NCBI GenBank assembly: GCA_026025795.1
Contig: JAPEUG010000142.1
Location: 1-37,892, forward strand
DNA: 37,892 nucleotides
Direction: 5' to 3'
Origin: Thelocarpon superellum
Lineage: Eukaryota
Shown here in pieces: positions 1-10,835 of the stretch. The position numbers were made by a program, and so were the translations under genes. Position 1 is the stretch's first letter, and every line of letters begins with the position of its first letter. The notes under the pieces were generated by a model that was not told the DNA's origin, ran no database searches, and saw only the letters and a program-made list of their open reading frames with translations.

Positions 1-552
1 TCCTGCTCTGAATCTTCTCTTCTCCATTCTTCAATGCTCTTCTCTTGCGCTTGCTCTCGTCCTTGTCCTCGCGGTCCGTCGAACAGCGACTCTCATATTT
101 CGTGTAAATGTTTCGCTCTGTTCTTCTCCCCTTTCCCCACCTTGTCCCTACCTTCCCAGGCTCATGCATAGGGGAGCGAAGAGTTACATAGGATGTGGGT
201 GACTGTATACGACAAACATGTAGAGTACTTTGATGTCCATTACTGCATGTACATCGATGAAGGGCACAGGATCGATCAATGGAGACGAATAGGATTAGGG
301 TTATCTACCTAGGTACGGCGGATGAGTAGTAGGAAAAGAAAGGAAGAGTAGTCGTAGAAGTGACTAACGCAGAGGAGCCAGATTCGATGGCGTGGCAAGA
401 CAGATAAATCACGTACAAGAATCGAAAGAAATGAAAACAGAAATAGGAGAAGGAGAAGGAGAGGTAAATAACTGTCAGGAGAGCCTGGAAAGACAAACGA
501 AAGACGAGGCCCATCTACGACTGGTCGCCCGCTCACTCGCTCACTCATCAGA

Positions 553-3500
553 TCACCTCATCCCAGCTTTCGTGGCAGGTTCGGTCGTAGTCCCCACCGG
601 AAACAGCACTGTCAAGACCTCATCGAGCAGGGTATAAACCAGATGGGCATTCAAGCGTGGATTATTCAGCGCCGCAAAGACGCGCCGACTGGCGGCTTGG
701 GCGTTGGCGCGCCCCACCACATTGCCTGCCACGTCCGGGATGAGCGTGGCCAGCGTGACGCTGGCTTCGCGCCGCGTGTGGGCTTTGTCTGCGCCGCTGC
801 GTACGGGCGGCTTGACGGCCGGGAAGAGCGCGTCGCGCGCCATGCCGATCATCTTCACGGTCGAGTCGGGCGTGAAGAGGCTCTTGGCGTTTTCGCGTAC
901 CTTGCGCTCGATCGTGCCGCCTACGTGAGTCAACGCGTCAGTCATGAGGGAGAGGACAGAGAAATTGCAAGGAGACGGGGTCGAAGGGGAAACATCCTAC
1001 CCAAAAGTTGGTGGAGGATGACGACGGCCGCGCGGCCTCGCAGCCAGTTACTGCCCCGGTTCAATTCGAAGATCTCCAAGAAGATGTCGCAGATGGGTTT
1101 GACAAATGGCTCCAGCTCGCGATTCTCAAATGCATTCAGCTCCGCCTCCACTTCCGCCGCACTGACCGGATCTTCCGACACCAACGCCGGCATCGTATTG
1201 AGCTGGCTGGAGGCCGCCGAGATCAAGTTCTGCCCCGTCACCGACAGCTGATCCAGCACCGGAATGTTGCCGAGGAAGTCGTCCATCCCGTCCGACACCG
1301 AGTTGTACAAGCGCGTCATAATGTCCTGTCGTGCGCTCGGGATGGCGTCGTCGGACGGCGGATCCGCCACGATGGCCTGTTGTGACAGGAACGCCCGGAG
1401 GTCCCGGCTACGACAGACGTCAGGAAGGAGGAGCAGTTCCTGTACGATCGTCAGCCCGTCTTCACGGCCAGCGACCAGCAGGACCGACCCGAAGAAACTG
1501 CTCCAAGGCCAATCGTCGCTTGTGCAGAAAGTCCTTTTGCAGCTTCATCACCATCCGGCGACGAGGAAATTCCAGCGGTCGCACTGACGGGTACTTGGAT
1601 CGGAGTCGTTGCTGTAAATCGTGGAATTCGCTATATCGTCGTGCGATCGTCCATGTGGCCGCTGGCATCTGCTCGCCCGCCTTCCGCTGAACCTCGATCA
1701 CATCTGCTGCCGTCAGTCACTCTTCCCCACTCCCACGGAGATCCTCACACGACGCGTATTCCCGTCCGTCCTCCTCCGTGCTGACCATGATCGACTTGAT
1801 GCGCACCGCCGATCGTCCATACAGGCTGTTATCGCTCTCCTGAATCACATACTGCTGTCGTTGCAGCTCCTTTCGCCGGATCTCGCGTTGCAAGCTGGCC
1901 TTGGATTTGCGCAAGATGCGCAGCTCCGCCGTGTTGTTCGTCAGTTCGGCCTTCAAGGTGAGAGAGTCGACGACGGAGTCTTGCGAGACCAGACGTTCAA
2001 TGTCCGCCGTCAAGGCCGAGATGGCCTCGACGAGCCCGAGATCACCCGGGGCAGCTTCGTGAATCTCATCGTCCACGTTGCCCTCGTTCTCCGCCTCGTC
2101 GGGATCGTCGTGCTCATCCTGGATGAACTTCTCCTCATCGGGAAAGAGGTCGTCGTCGGAGAAGACGCCGATCCGCGATGACGTGTTCACCAGGCCCAGC
2201 GAGGCGATGCTGGGCTTCTCCGGGTCCTTCTGGCTATTGGCGTCGGACCGCAGAAACTCCGATGAGCTACGACTGGAGACCGTGCGTCGAGCCGACGCGA
2301 GACCCGGGAGGTCGGGCCCAAAGAGGGAGTCTCGTCCATCGTCTGCATCCGGCGCCTCTCCCATGATGTCGTTGAGGGCCGCCTCCATCACAGCCACCAC
2401 TTGTCCATCCGGCTCCTCATGATCATGCGCCTCGACCGAGCCGGCATCGGTGTCGATGCTCTGCCGCGACCGCGAGAGGGGATCGGCATCGTTGTCATCA
2501 GAGCCATATGCCGTGGCGGCGCCATCGATGGAGCGCCGCGCAGGTGGCAAATCGTCCGTCGTGCTCGACATCCTCAAGTCCCCCGACGACGCTGCGGCTC
2601 GTCGAAGCGCGTTGCCGTCGGCGGTCAAGCGCGGTGGTACGCCCGACCGGGGCGCAGGCCGAGGATGTGGGGCTTGCGTGGTGGCGCGTGGAAGCGGCCT
2701 GCGCATCGGGGTAGGCGACTGCGGCGCCTGGCTGACGGCGGATTCGTCCGATGTCAGATACTTGTAGAACAGGTCCGACTCTTTGAACTTGGGGAAGTGC
2801 CGTTGCTCCATCGCGATGAGCGCGTCGTTCTGAGCGCCCAGGATCGCTTGACGGGCCTTTTGGTATTGAAGCGGCGTCGCCTGCGCGCCGGTGCGGAGGA
2901 AGGACGACACTGCCCCGCGGGCCTGTTCGGTGACATGGAGCTCGGGCTTGGACAGGTAGGCTTGATTGATCTGTGCCAGATCGGTTCGGTCCGACTCGGT
3001 CCACGTCGTGAGGGTCGCGGGCGACTCATCGTCATCCATGACGTGATCCTCAAGAGGATTGCGGAACCCGTCGACCACGATCCAGAATTGCACCACGTTC
3101 ATCAGCCGCTGTCGGTCCATGAATTCCATAAAGTACGACAGCCCGGAGGTATCGTGAAGGACCTCCGACAGCGTCGCGTTCTCGAGCCGCGACGAGGTCG
3201 CGGCCGAGCGAGCGCGTGGCGGATTGTGGCCCGTCTTGGACAGGCCTCCGGCCGTCAGACTGAGCACCTTTTGATCCAGCAGTCGTTTCCCCGTTTCCAG
3301 TCGGCGTAGGTAGATGGGATCCTGCCCCTCCACTCGACTTCCCTTCTTCAGCTGACTGGACACCTCGCTCCGGAAGCGACGGGCGTCCGACAAGTTGCTG
3401 CACTGTCGGATGGCCCGAATGAACTTCTCGAACTGACGTTCGTTGTCGTGAGGTGCCAGCTTGGGAAAGGCCATGGCGCGTTTCGACTTGGGCGACGGAG

Positions 3501-4471
3501 AGGCGTGTTCGTCCAAAGCGGCGCGGAGCTTGCGGACCGTCTTCCGGTCTTGGAGCATGGAGCGACCCTAGACCATGTCAGAAGGCGCATCGTGGGCTGA
3601 GGCGGCAACGTACGTATGCCTCCATGAGCTGATTCCACGTATCGGGATCGGACAGAATCTGCATGAGCGGGAAAAGCACCACGCATGCCAGGATCTCCCG
3701 CACCAGGACCTCGAACACACGGCTCTGCAACTGGTCGCGGGGTAAGAGGTCGGGTAAGAGCCGACCGACGATGCCCTTCAAGTATTCCTGCTGCACCATC
3801 TTGGGATCGGAGAAGGACAAAGTGGCGGCCGGGTGAAGCTTCCCGCCGTGGTATCGGCTTGCGATGGCCAGGTCCAATTCATCCGATTCGGTGACGGCGC
3901 GGTTGAGGTCCAGGCCGCGCACGGCTTTCTCGGCATCGTAGGACTCCTTGAGATGAGTGTTGATGATGGGAACCAGTCGGGAGACGGTCAGCTCCACGCC
4001 GTCAACGCCGGTGAGCCGCTCCTGCAGGCGGGACAAGGCGATGCGAACGGTCTTGTCGACTTGGTTGGTAAAGGAGGGAGTGCGGCTGATATGGCTGTAC
4101 CAGGTGGAGACGAAGTTGCGGAGGATGAGGTCGATGAGCTCGTCCAACCCATCGGAGATGGCAAAGGAGGAGGGGTACAGCGAGGCGCGGTCGTAAATGG
4201 ATCGCTCCCGCAAGGACGTAATCTCGATCTTCCATGTCTCAGGGGTGACGACGGCGACGGTGGCCGGGGCGGGGATCGGATCGCTCTTGCCCGGACAGGA
4301 GGCCCGGGAGGTCCGGAGGACGAGGGCTCCGACAGCCACCGAGGTCGATAAGCTGCCGGCGATGAAGGCGTAGGCGACATACTGGAGTAAAGGCAGCCAC
4401 TGGGCGGCGACGGACCAGGCGACGACCCCAACGAGGAGTGCTATGGCCACATCCCGATGGGTCACGGCCAT
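553..4471 (-). CDS. MDM1: PXA-RGS-PX-PXC sorting nexin (Mdm1/SNX13-14 family ER-vacuole/lipid-droplet tether), about 1232 aa. Exons 4471-3614, 3567-1749, 1703-1489, 1439-1001, 920-553
   Basis: N-terminal hydrophobic segments; PXA motif (LILRNFVSTWYSHIS); RGS-like block (GLSYFMEFMDRQ...VQFWIVVDGFRNPLE); PX motif (WTIARRYSEFHDLQQRL...RRLALEQFLR); PXC block (FVKPICDIFLEIFELNRGSNWLRGRA). Four GT-AG introns (46, 45, 49, 80 nt) join five ORF-track segments in frame, 3699 nt in total. Confidence 0.93.
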
Positions 4472-4908
4472 AACACCGACGCGCGTGGCAGCTTCACCGT
4501 CGGCATGGCGTGTGCGTCAGCACCACGCGACAGACCAGCAGCTTATGTTGGCACCAGCCCTCTTAGAAGGGGGAGTAAGGGGGAGGCCAAAGGATAGGAT
4601 ACAGACTACAAGGCGATGGTCCGGCGTGCATCTTGAAGCAGCTTCACGCAATGACGGAGAGCGACAGGCCATGGAAGAGCACGCGACTTGGGCGGAACAG
4701 GTTCGGTCGGTCGGAAGACCCGCACGAGTACATCTCATCTACCATGGGTCTGAAAGATACGACATCCCTGGCACAGCTAAATACCGGCGCCAGGCAACGC
4801 TACGGGGAGGCACTCTCGCTGCGATGCTCGCATCGGACTTGATCGATGCAACCGGCAGTCGTCGACGGCCACAACTACCCGGGCAGAAGGGAGACCCCTG
4901 ATCCTCGT

Positions 4909-4966
4909 GGCCAATCAGCGTTGGTCGAACTCGTCGCCAAACCAGGCCGAGTTAGGTCTGACGTCG
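4909..4966 (+). promoter_or_regulatory. CCAAT box (GGCCAATCAGC) and CRE-like TGACGTC in the MDM1/microprotein divergent promoter
   Basis: Motifs read directly at about 4909-4919 and 4959-4965. Short motifs, so function is unproven. Confidence 0.3.
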
Positions 4967-5234
4967 TGAGTTGGCGAGTGAGCAAGTGGACGAGTGGGCG
5001 AGTGGGCGAGTGGGCGTCGTCATGGCTATGGCGGGGAAGATAGAGGACGGGGGCGCCCCAGACCGGCACGGAGGGCTCCGTAGATAAAGGCTCAGCTCTG
5101 TCCCCCTCCGTTCGTCCAGATCTACGTTCAAGTCACTCATCCCGACTGGCACCTAATCTCACCGTGATTACCCGTCTTCTGTCCATCCTGACAGCTAAAC
5201 ATTCCGTCGTCGCTGATCTAGCCACACCATCAAC

Positions 5235-5556
5235 ATGTCTGATTTCATGAACACCGTGGAGCAGGGTGTGCAAGATGTCTCGCAGTCCGGAGGCCAGCAA
5301 GGAAGCCAGCAGGGCAATCAACAGGGCTCGGGAGATCAGCAACAGCAGGGTGGAAACCAACAAGGTGGAGGTGGCAACTTCCAGCAGGATGACAAGTACA
5401 TCAATGAAGGTTCGCCTGCCTCGAGACGTCCCCTGCTGGTGCCATGTCTAATCCTCCCCAGCTGTCGATACCATCGCCAGCAAAGAAGGCGTGCCAGGCG
5501 CTGCGGATGCGACTATGAATAAGGATGTCGACAATGTCGCCAACAAGTATCTTTGA
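5235..5556 (+). CDS. Small hydrophilic Q/G-rich protein, 89 aa, uncharacterised. Exons 5235-5409, 5462-5556
   Basis: ATG in a good context (CAACATG). Intron 5410-5461 (GTTCGC...TCTAAT...CAG). The spliced product MSDFMNTVEQGVQDVSQSGGQQG...DDKYINE|AVDTIASKEGVPGAADATMNKDVDNVANKYL* is 270 nt and in frame, and replaces the implausible Cys/Arg-rich tail of the unspliced ORF. Confidence 0.8.
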
Positions 5557-5852
5557 ATCCTGGATATCCTCGACGCCGATGGACGTCAGGCTCGGCCGGA
5601 CTGCTGTTGGGTCATTCTGCCATCTCTTCATTCCTTCATTCCACAGTGTGCCAATACACAAGGTTCTCCAGACCGCCTAGCTCCATGTCTACGATAGTCA
5701 ATGCCATGAGGGCCGAGTCACCCGGAGACACCGCCATTCCATGCTACCATAATGCCCGCGTGAGACTCGAGCTCGTGCCGAAAGAAGCAACGCCGATATT
5801 CGTACAGGTCATGCAAGGGTTGGCCCTTGAAATCCCCTCGCCCGCCCAAAAG

Positions 5853-7036
5853 TCATGCACTTGCTTGAGCCTGCTCACCCACTCGCAAAAAGTCTTCCCC
5901 ATTGATCGCCCCCGTCATCGTCGGACCTGGACCCTGCAGATTGGGATCCTGACGCGGTTAGTCCCGGTGCTGGGTGCGGCACGGTTTATTCACTCACCGG
6001 CACCATCCGATCGCCCTCCACTAAGACCTCTCGATCTCGTAGCTGGCGCATCAAGGCCAAGAATGAGCTCTGTTGGAACTTCTCGCTGATGTTGTCGCTG
6101 ACGCTGTCCAGCAGCTCTCCCGCTGTCCGAGCCAGCTCGTCCGCGTCGCTGGGGCTGGACTCGGGTGAGGCGGGTTCGGGACTGTCGGCGATCGTGTCGG
6201 CCCCAATCCGGTCTAGATCTTCAAGCGATTGTTCGCCCATCAAGTTGAGCGCAGAGTCGTCGACAAGAATCTCGGGCTGGGGCTCCGCCGGTCTCTGCTG
6301 CATCTGCGACGCCTCGTCGGCGATGTTTAACTTGGCCGCTTCGAAAGCGCGCTCGAAAGCCGCGTCGTCAAAGGTTTCCATCGATGGCTGCTCTTCCACC
6401 ACCGGTGGCACACTCTCCGGCACCGCGAAGCTGCTGTTGTCGAACATCGTGGACGCTTGCATGCCATGACCATCCATCATCCCATTCCCCACAGGCTGGT
6501 ACATCGGCGCAGGCTGAAACGGACTGGTTGAAACCGGGGCAGAGGCGAATTCGAAGATAGGAGCCTGCTGCCGTAGGAAGTCTTGATGCCATCCTCCGGT
6601 GACGTTGTGGTTTAGCGGCGCCTGTGGCCGGAACTGATCCTGCGCGATGGGCGATACCGTGGGTCCCAGATGTAGACGCTGAAAGTCGGCGGCCCATCCA
6701 CTCACGGGCTCCGCGGGTGAGAAGGTGGGGAGGTGCGAGGAGGATGACCCAGCAAAGCCTCGACCTTCAAGGCTAGGAATGGGAGCAGGGGCGAAGCCAG
6801 CATGGAAGGCCTCGAACTCGGGATCGAGCACGCCGGCATTCGGTCCTGGTGATGATCGAAAGCCCTAATTGCGACCAGTCAATTCCCGATCATGACCACT
6901 CCGCGGTCCTCATCTCCCTCACCTGTACTGGCGACGCCCGAGCGTGTGACCGATCTTGCTGCAACGTCCGATCGACGGTAGTGTGCTTCTGGAATTGCTG
7001 CAGCGCGTTTGACGGGCCACATAAAGCGTCGGCCAT
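5853..7036 (-). CDS. PEX20: Peroxin 20, PTS2 co-receptor of Pex7, about 358 aa. Exons 7036-6923, 6864-5998, 5948-5853 (last exon less certain)
   Basis: N-terminus MADALCGPSNALQQFQKH carries the Pex5/Pex20-type conserved Cys. Two WxxxF motifs (WAADF, WHQDF). C-terminal Pex7-binding-type block ADELARTAGELLDSV...EKFQQSSFLALMRQLRDREV. No TPR domain, so not Pex5. Introns 6922-6865 (GTGAGG..TAG) and 5997-5949 (GTGAGT..ACTAAC..CAG). Confidence 0.88.
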
Positions 7037-7448
7037 GTTGATGCACTCGACTCGCCGCGTTGAACGAGGAGTCAGATGGTTTCAGGCAATCTGGAGCGAT
7101 TCAGGGATGGTGTTCTATAAGATAGGTGAAGAAGGGCGTGATAGAAGGAAGAAGGAGGAGATGCTCCGACGACGAACGTGGGTCGGTCTGACAAAGGGCC
7201 CGGCCTCAGTTGCCGAGGTCCTATGGAGGCCAGCCGACTCCCGTCTGACGCCACTCCACGCATCTGATCCCGGCCCATCCCCATGCCCGCGCGCCACACA
7301 CTCATGCACCCTGAGGCCTCGCTCGACATGACATGGCAGACCACGAGATATCCTGCTGCTCATGCTCAGCTTCAAGTTCTCCGGTTTTGACCATGCCCTC
7401 TGGGTCCACGAGCAACATAGTTGAGGGTGGCGAATGGTGACGGAGAGG

Positions 7449-7502
7449 ATCTGATAAGATCTCGAGCATGTGATCTCAGGAGCGCCCGAGATTAGATAAG
7501 AT
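7449..7502. promoter_or_regulatory. GATA-type motifs (ATCTGATAAGAT at 7449-7460, ATTAGATAAGAT at 7491-7502) in the PEX20/SEC13 divergent promoter
   Basis: Read directly; the same 12-mer recurs upstream of DIS3. Function is inferred. Confidence 0.45.
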
Positions 7503-7612
7503 TAGATGATCTGCCATCGCCTGCACAAGAACACCAGATTCCTGTGGACAAATATGCCGGTGCGCGAGAGCTTCCATTCATCCACCTTGTGCCCCCATCT
7601 CTGCGCTCGAAG

Positions 7613-8944
7613 ATGGTTCGTGCGGGAAGATGGCTTCCCCTGTTGCAACTGGAGAGCGCTAACCCAAGACTCTCCAGGCGCAAGTCATCTCCAACTCTGG
7701 TCACGATGACATGATTGTAAGGCCTCCCACGTCCATTGTCCTCACCTCAACCCTTCGCGCTCGCGTCCTGACCATCTTCCTCCAGCATGACGCAGTTCTT
7801 GACTACTACGGACGACGGCTGGCCACTTGTTCGTCCGACCGCACCATCAAAATCTTCGAGGTCGAGGGGGAATCACATCGATTGACGGAGACGTTGAAAG
7901 GGTACATGCTCCCGTCGTAGCCGAAGTAACTGGCAGGGCACTGACGGTTCACGACGATGCAGACATGACGGCGCCGTGTGGTGTGTTGCATGGGTGAGTG
8001 CGTAGGAATTGAATTGGTGCGGGAGATGCTAATGGACCCCCCTAGGCACATCCAAAGTACGGCAATATCCTAGCATCTGCAAGTTACGACGGCAAAGTGT
8101 TCATCTGGCGAGAGCAAGGGGGCCAATGGTTCGTGGTGACAGCCGCCAATTCCTACTCCGTCTCACCAGTTTCCAGGCAAAAGGTGTTTGACTTTGCCCT
8201 CCACACGGCCTCAGGTAGGATCCGCTCGAGCAGCGCTGGGCGCGCGGCGATGCTGATTCGCGCAGTGAATATCGTGTCATGGTCTCCTCACGAAACGGGA
8301 TGTCTCCTGGCCTGCGCCTCATCCGATGGCGCGGTGTCGATCCTCGAATTCAAGGACAACAGCTGGGAACACAAGATCTTCCCCGCACACGGGCTCGGGG
8401 CCAACGCCGTGTCGTGGGCGCCCGCCTCCGCACCCGGCAGCCTCGTCAGCAGCGCCGCACCAGCCGCCACGCTCCGACGCTTTGTAACGGGCGGGAGCGA
8501 CAATCTGGTCAAGATCTGGGACTGGAAGTAAGCGATCGCTCTCACCCATCACCACGAGTCCACACATGTCCCATGTCAAGCGTGGGCACACTGGCTAACC
8601 ACCCACGCCTTCCCTCCAGCCCGGAACTGAAGTCCTACGCGCCGTCGGAGACGCTCACGGGCCACACGGACTGGGTGCGCGACGTGTCGTGGTCGCCGTC
8701 GATCCTGTCGAAATCCTACATTGCATCGGCGTCGCAGGACAAGACGGTGCGCATCTGGACCTCGGACCCGGCCCACCCGCACGAGTGGAAGAGCACCGTG
8801 CTCACCTTCGACGCCGTGCTGTGGCGTGTCAGCTGGAGTCTCAGTGGGAATGTTCTCGCCGTGTCGGGCGGCGACAATAAGGTCAGCCTGTGGAAGGAGA
8901 ACCTCAAGGGAGAATGGGAGTGTGTCAAGACTATTGAGGAGTAG
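7613..8944 (+). CDS. SEC13: COPII coat / nuclear pore WD40 protein Sec13, about 298 aa. Exons 7613-7615, 7678-7716, 7786-7901, 7963-7993, 8046-8128, 8177-8214, 8266-8527, 8620-8944
   Basis: Signature sequences [78 protein letters not shown] and [32 protein letters not shown]. Seven GT-AG introns give 897 nt in frame. Confidence 0.97.
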
Positions 8945-9146
8945 TGGCGGTGGTGGTGGTGGGATCGGTGAGGTGAAAGTAGGAGTGCAAGTGATGTGAA
9001 ATCCATCAAATCGAGTACGAGGTCGAACTTGATGCACTTCTCATCTATTCTGGTCTGTTCAGTCTTCACCGGCAGTCTTTCCTACATGACGCTGCGTCCA
9101 TTCAAGGCCGTCTTCACAGCGGCCTGTGTCGGGCCCGATCCTCCAT

Positions 9147-10835
9147 CTAGTCCATGACTTGGTCGATGACAAGATCCATGTCCGTGTCCTCCATGATCTG
9201 ATCGACTCCAGGCGCGGCGGTAGCCGCCACCACTGGCGCTCGATCGAGATGATCCCCGTCCCAGCGCCAATCACGGCGCGCAGCCCAGAAGACAAAAGGG
9301 CCACCGTAGAAGCGATCTTCCTCCGCGCCCGGCAAGGCCTGCGTCCAACGGCCCATGAAGATGCGACCGCCGGGCAGGATGACACCGTCGTACAGGAAGA
9401 CTTCCGTGTGGATGTAGTCCTGCGGGAACGACGGATCCGGCTCGTATTTCATCAGCATCATCCGCTGCCATCCGGGGATGCCCTGTTGCGGTGGGACGGC
9501 GTACAGGCGTCCTTGGATCGGGTGCGGCGAGTCCTCATCGATGTAGGAGCCTTTCAGCTTGATGTACGGCGATGGCGTTTGCCGCGCCACGATGCCGTCG
9601 AGGTACGCTTTGTGCACCTCTCGCTCTCCGGCCGCCATCGGCTCGATGCGCATCATCTACCGCGTGTCACCCGTTAGCCATGCGCCGGGCCGAGGCGAAG
9701 TGGAGCGCAGAGAGGAAAGGGAGCAAAGCCGATACGTGCAGCAAAGTCAGGAGAGGCAAGGGAGGTCCAGTACATCCAGATCTTGGCACATATGGTCAAA
9801 GACGACCACGTTCCCGGGCGGCCCGTTGCGCACCATTTCCAGCTCGTCGAGCGGGAGAAACGCTAGCGCTCGATACATGTCAGCGGCCTGCGCTTCCACC
9901 GGTTTGGGCGGGTGGAACTCACCAAAGCTTCCGAGCCAATGCTGCCCTGGCACGGCCAGTGTCGTCTGAGGCGTCCCGACGCCGGCTTGGGGAACCTGAT
10001 CGTTCGCCAGCTCGTGGTACGGATGGTAGAGAGTCGCCTCCTCGTGCTGGAGAAGGTGATTCTTGTAGAAGTTGCAGACGTGGAGTAGCCACGCGAGATT
10101 CACCTTGTCCTCTCCGTGTCCCTTGAACAGCGGAGAGACGTCCACACTCTCGTACACCGCCTTCTGCGAGACGCCCAGATTCTGCGCGGGGGTGTAGAAG
10201 CGGCGATGCAGCGTGATGTGGGACAATGACACCTGCACCACTTGCATCAGGCGGCTGGTCGGCGAGGTCACGAGGGCGCGGCGGGATTTGCAAATGTGAG
10301 AGAGCAGGTCCGTCGACTCGGTGGTGAAACGCCAGAGTTGGTCTTGGTTCTTGCCCCGAATGAGCCCTGCACTTTCATCGACCTGGGCATTGGATTCTAT
10401 GGGGGCACGCCTCAGTTAGCTATGGTGCCGGTGGGACATGGTACGGGAGCACGCCTCGAGTGCTTGACTCCGGCGCCAGGGTATCACCGGGGCATGGTTG
10501 AAGATGCGCCAGAAAGACATCCACTGACCCACGATGAGATCTCGGAGGACCTCCAAACAGCGGACCTCCTCGGGGGTCCGGCCGGAACCAAACCGCACCA
10601 CCTGCCCGAGCTGCCATTGGCGGCGCGTGTAGAGTGCCCGCCAAAAACGGGAGGTGACCCCAGAAATGGAGTCGTACGTGAGCTCGAATCGCCCACGCCA
10701 CACGGTTGACTGGCCCCCGTTCACGGCCGTGCGGGAGGCCCCGCAGACGTTCGCAAAGGCGGCCAAGTCGACGTCGTCCGCGATGAACACGGCGATGAGC
10801 TCGAGGAGCTCCAGAGGCAACTTGGAGAGCGCCAT
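9147..10835 (-). CDS. F-box domain protein with an uncharacterised C-terminal domain, about 479 aa. Exons 10835-10529, 10396-9774, 9656-9147
   Basis: N-terminal F-box pattern LSKLPLELLELIAVFI..D..AFANVC followed by WRGRF...YD. Introns 10528-10397 (GTCAGT..GCTAAC..TAG) and 9773-9657 (GTACTG..GCTAAC..TAG) join three ORFs in frame, 1440 nt. C-terminal block IPGWQRMMLMKY...FLYDGVILPGGRIFMGRW...YGGPFVFW. Confidence 0.82.

Noticed and set aside
2401..3309. 302-aa antisense ORF in MDM1, and similar antisense ORFs in GCN20, DIS3 and RSC7
   Set aside because: Expected shadow ORFs from high GC3 codon usage on the real coding strand.
9657..9773. Possible nested (stwintron) structure in F-box intron 2, with internal CCTGAC and GTATCG
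   Set aside because: There is no AG after the internal branch-like motif (GCAC instead), and using GTATCG as donor would include an in-frame TGA.
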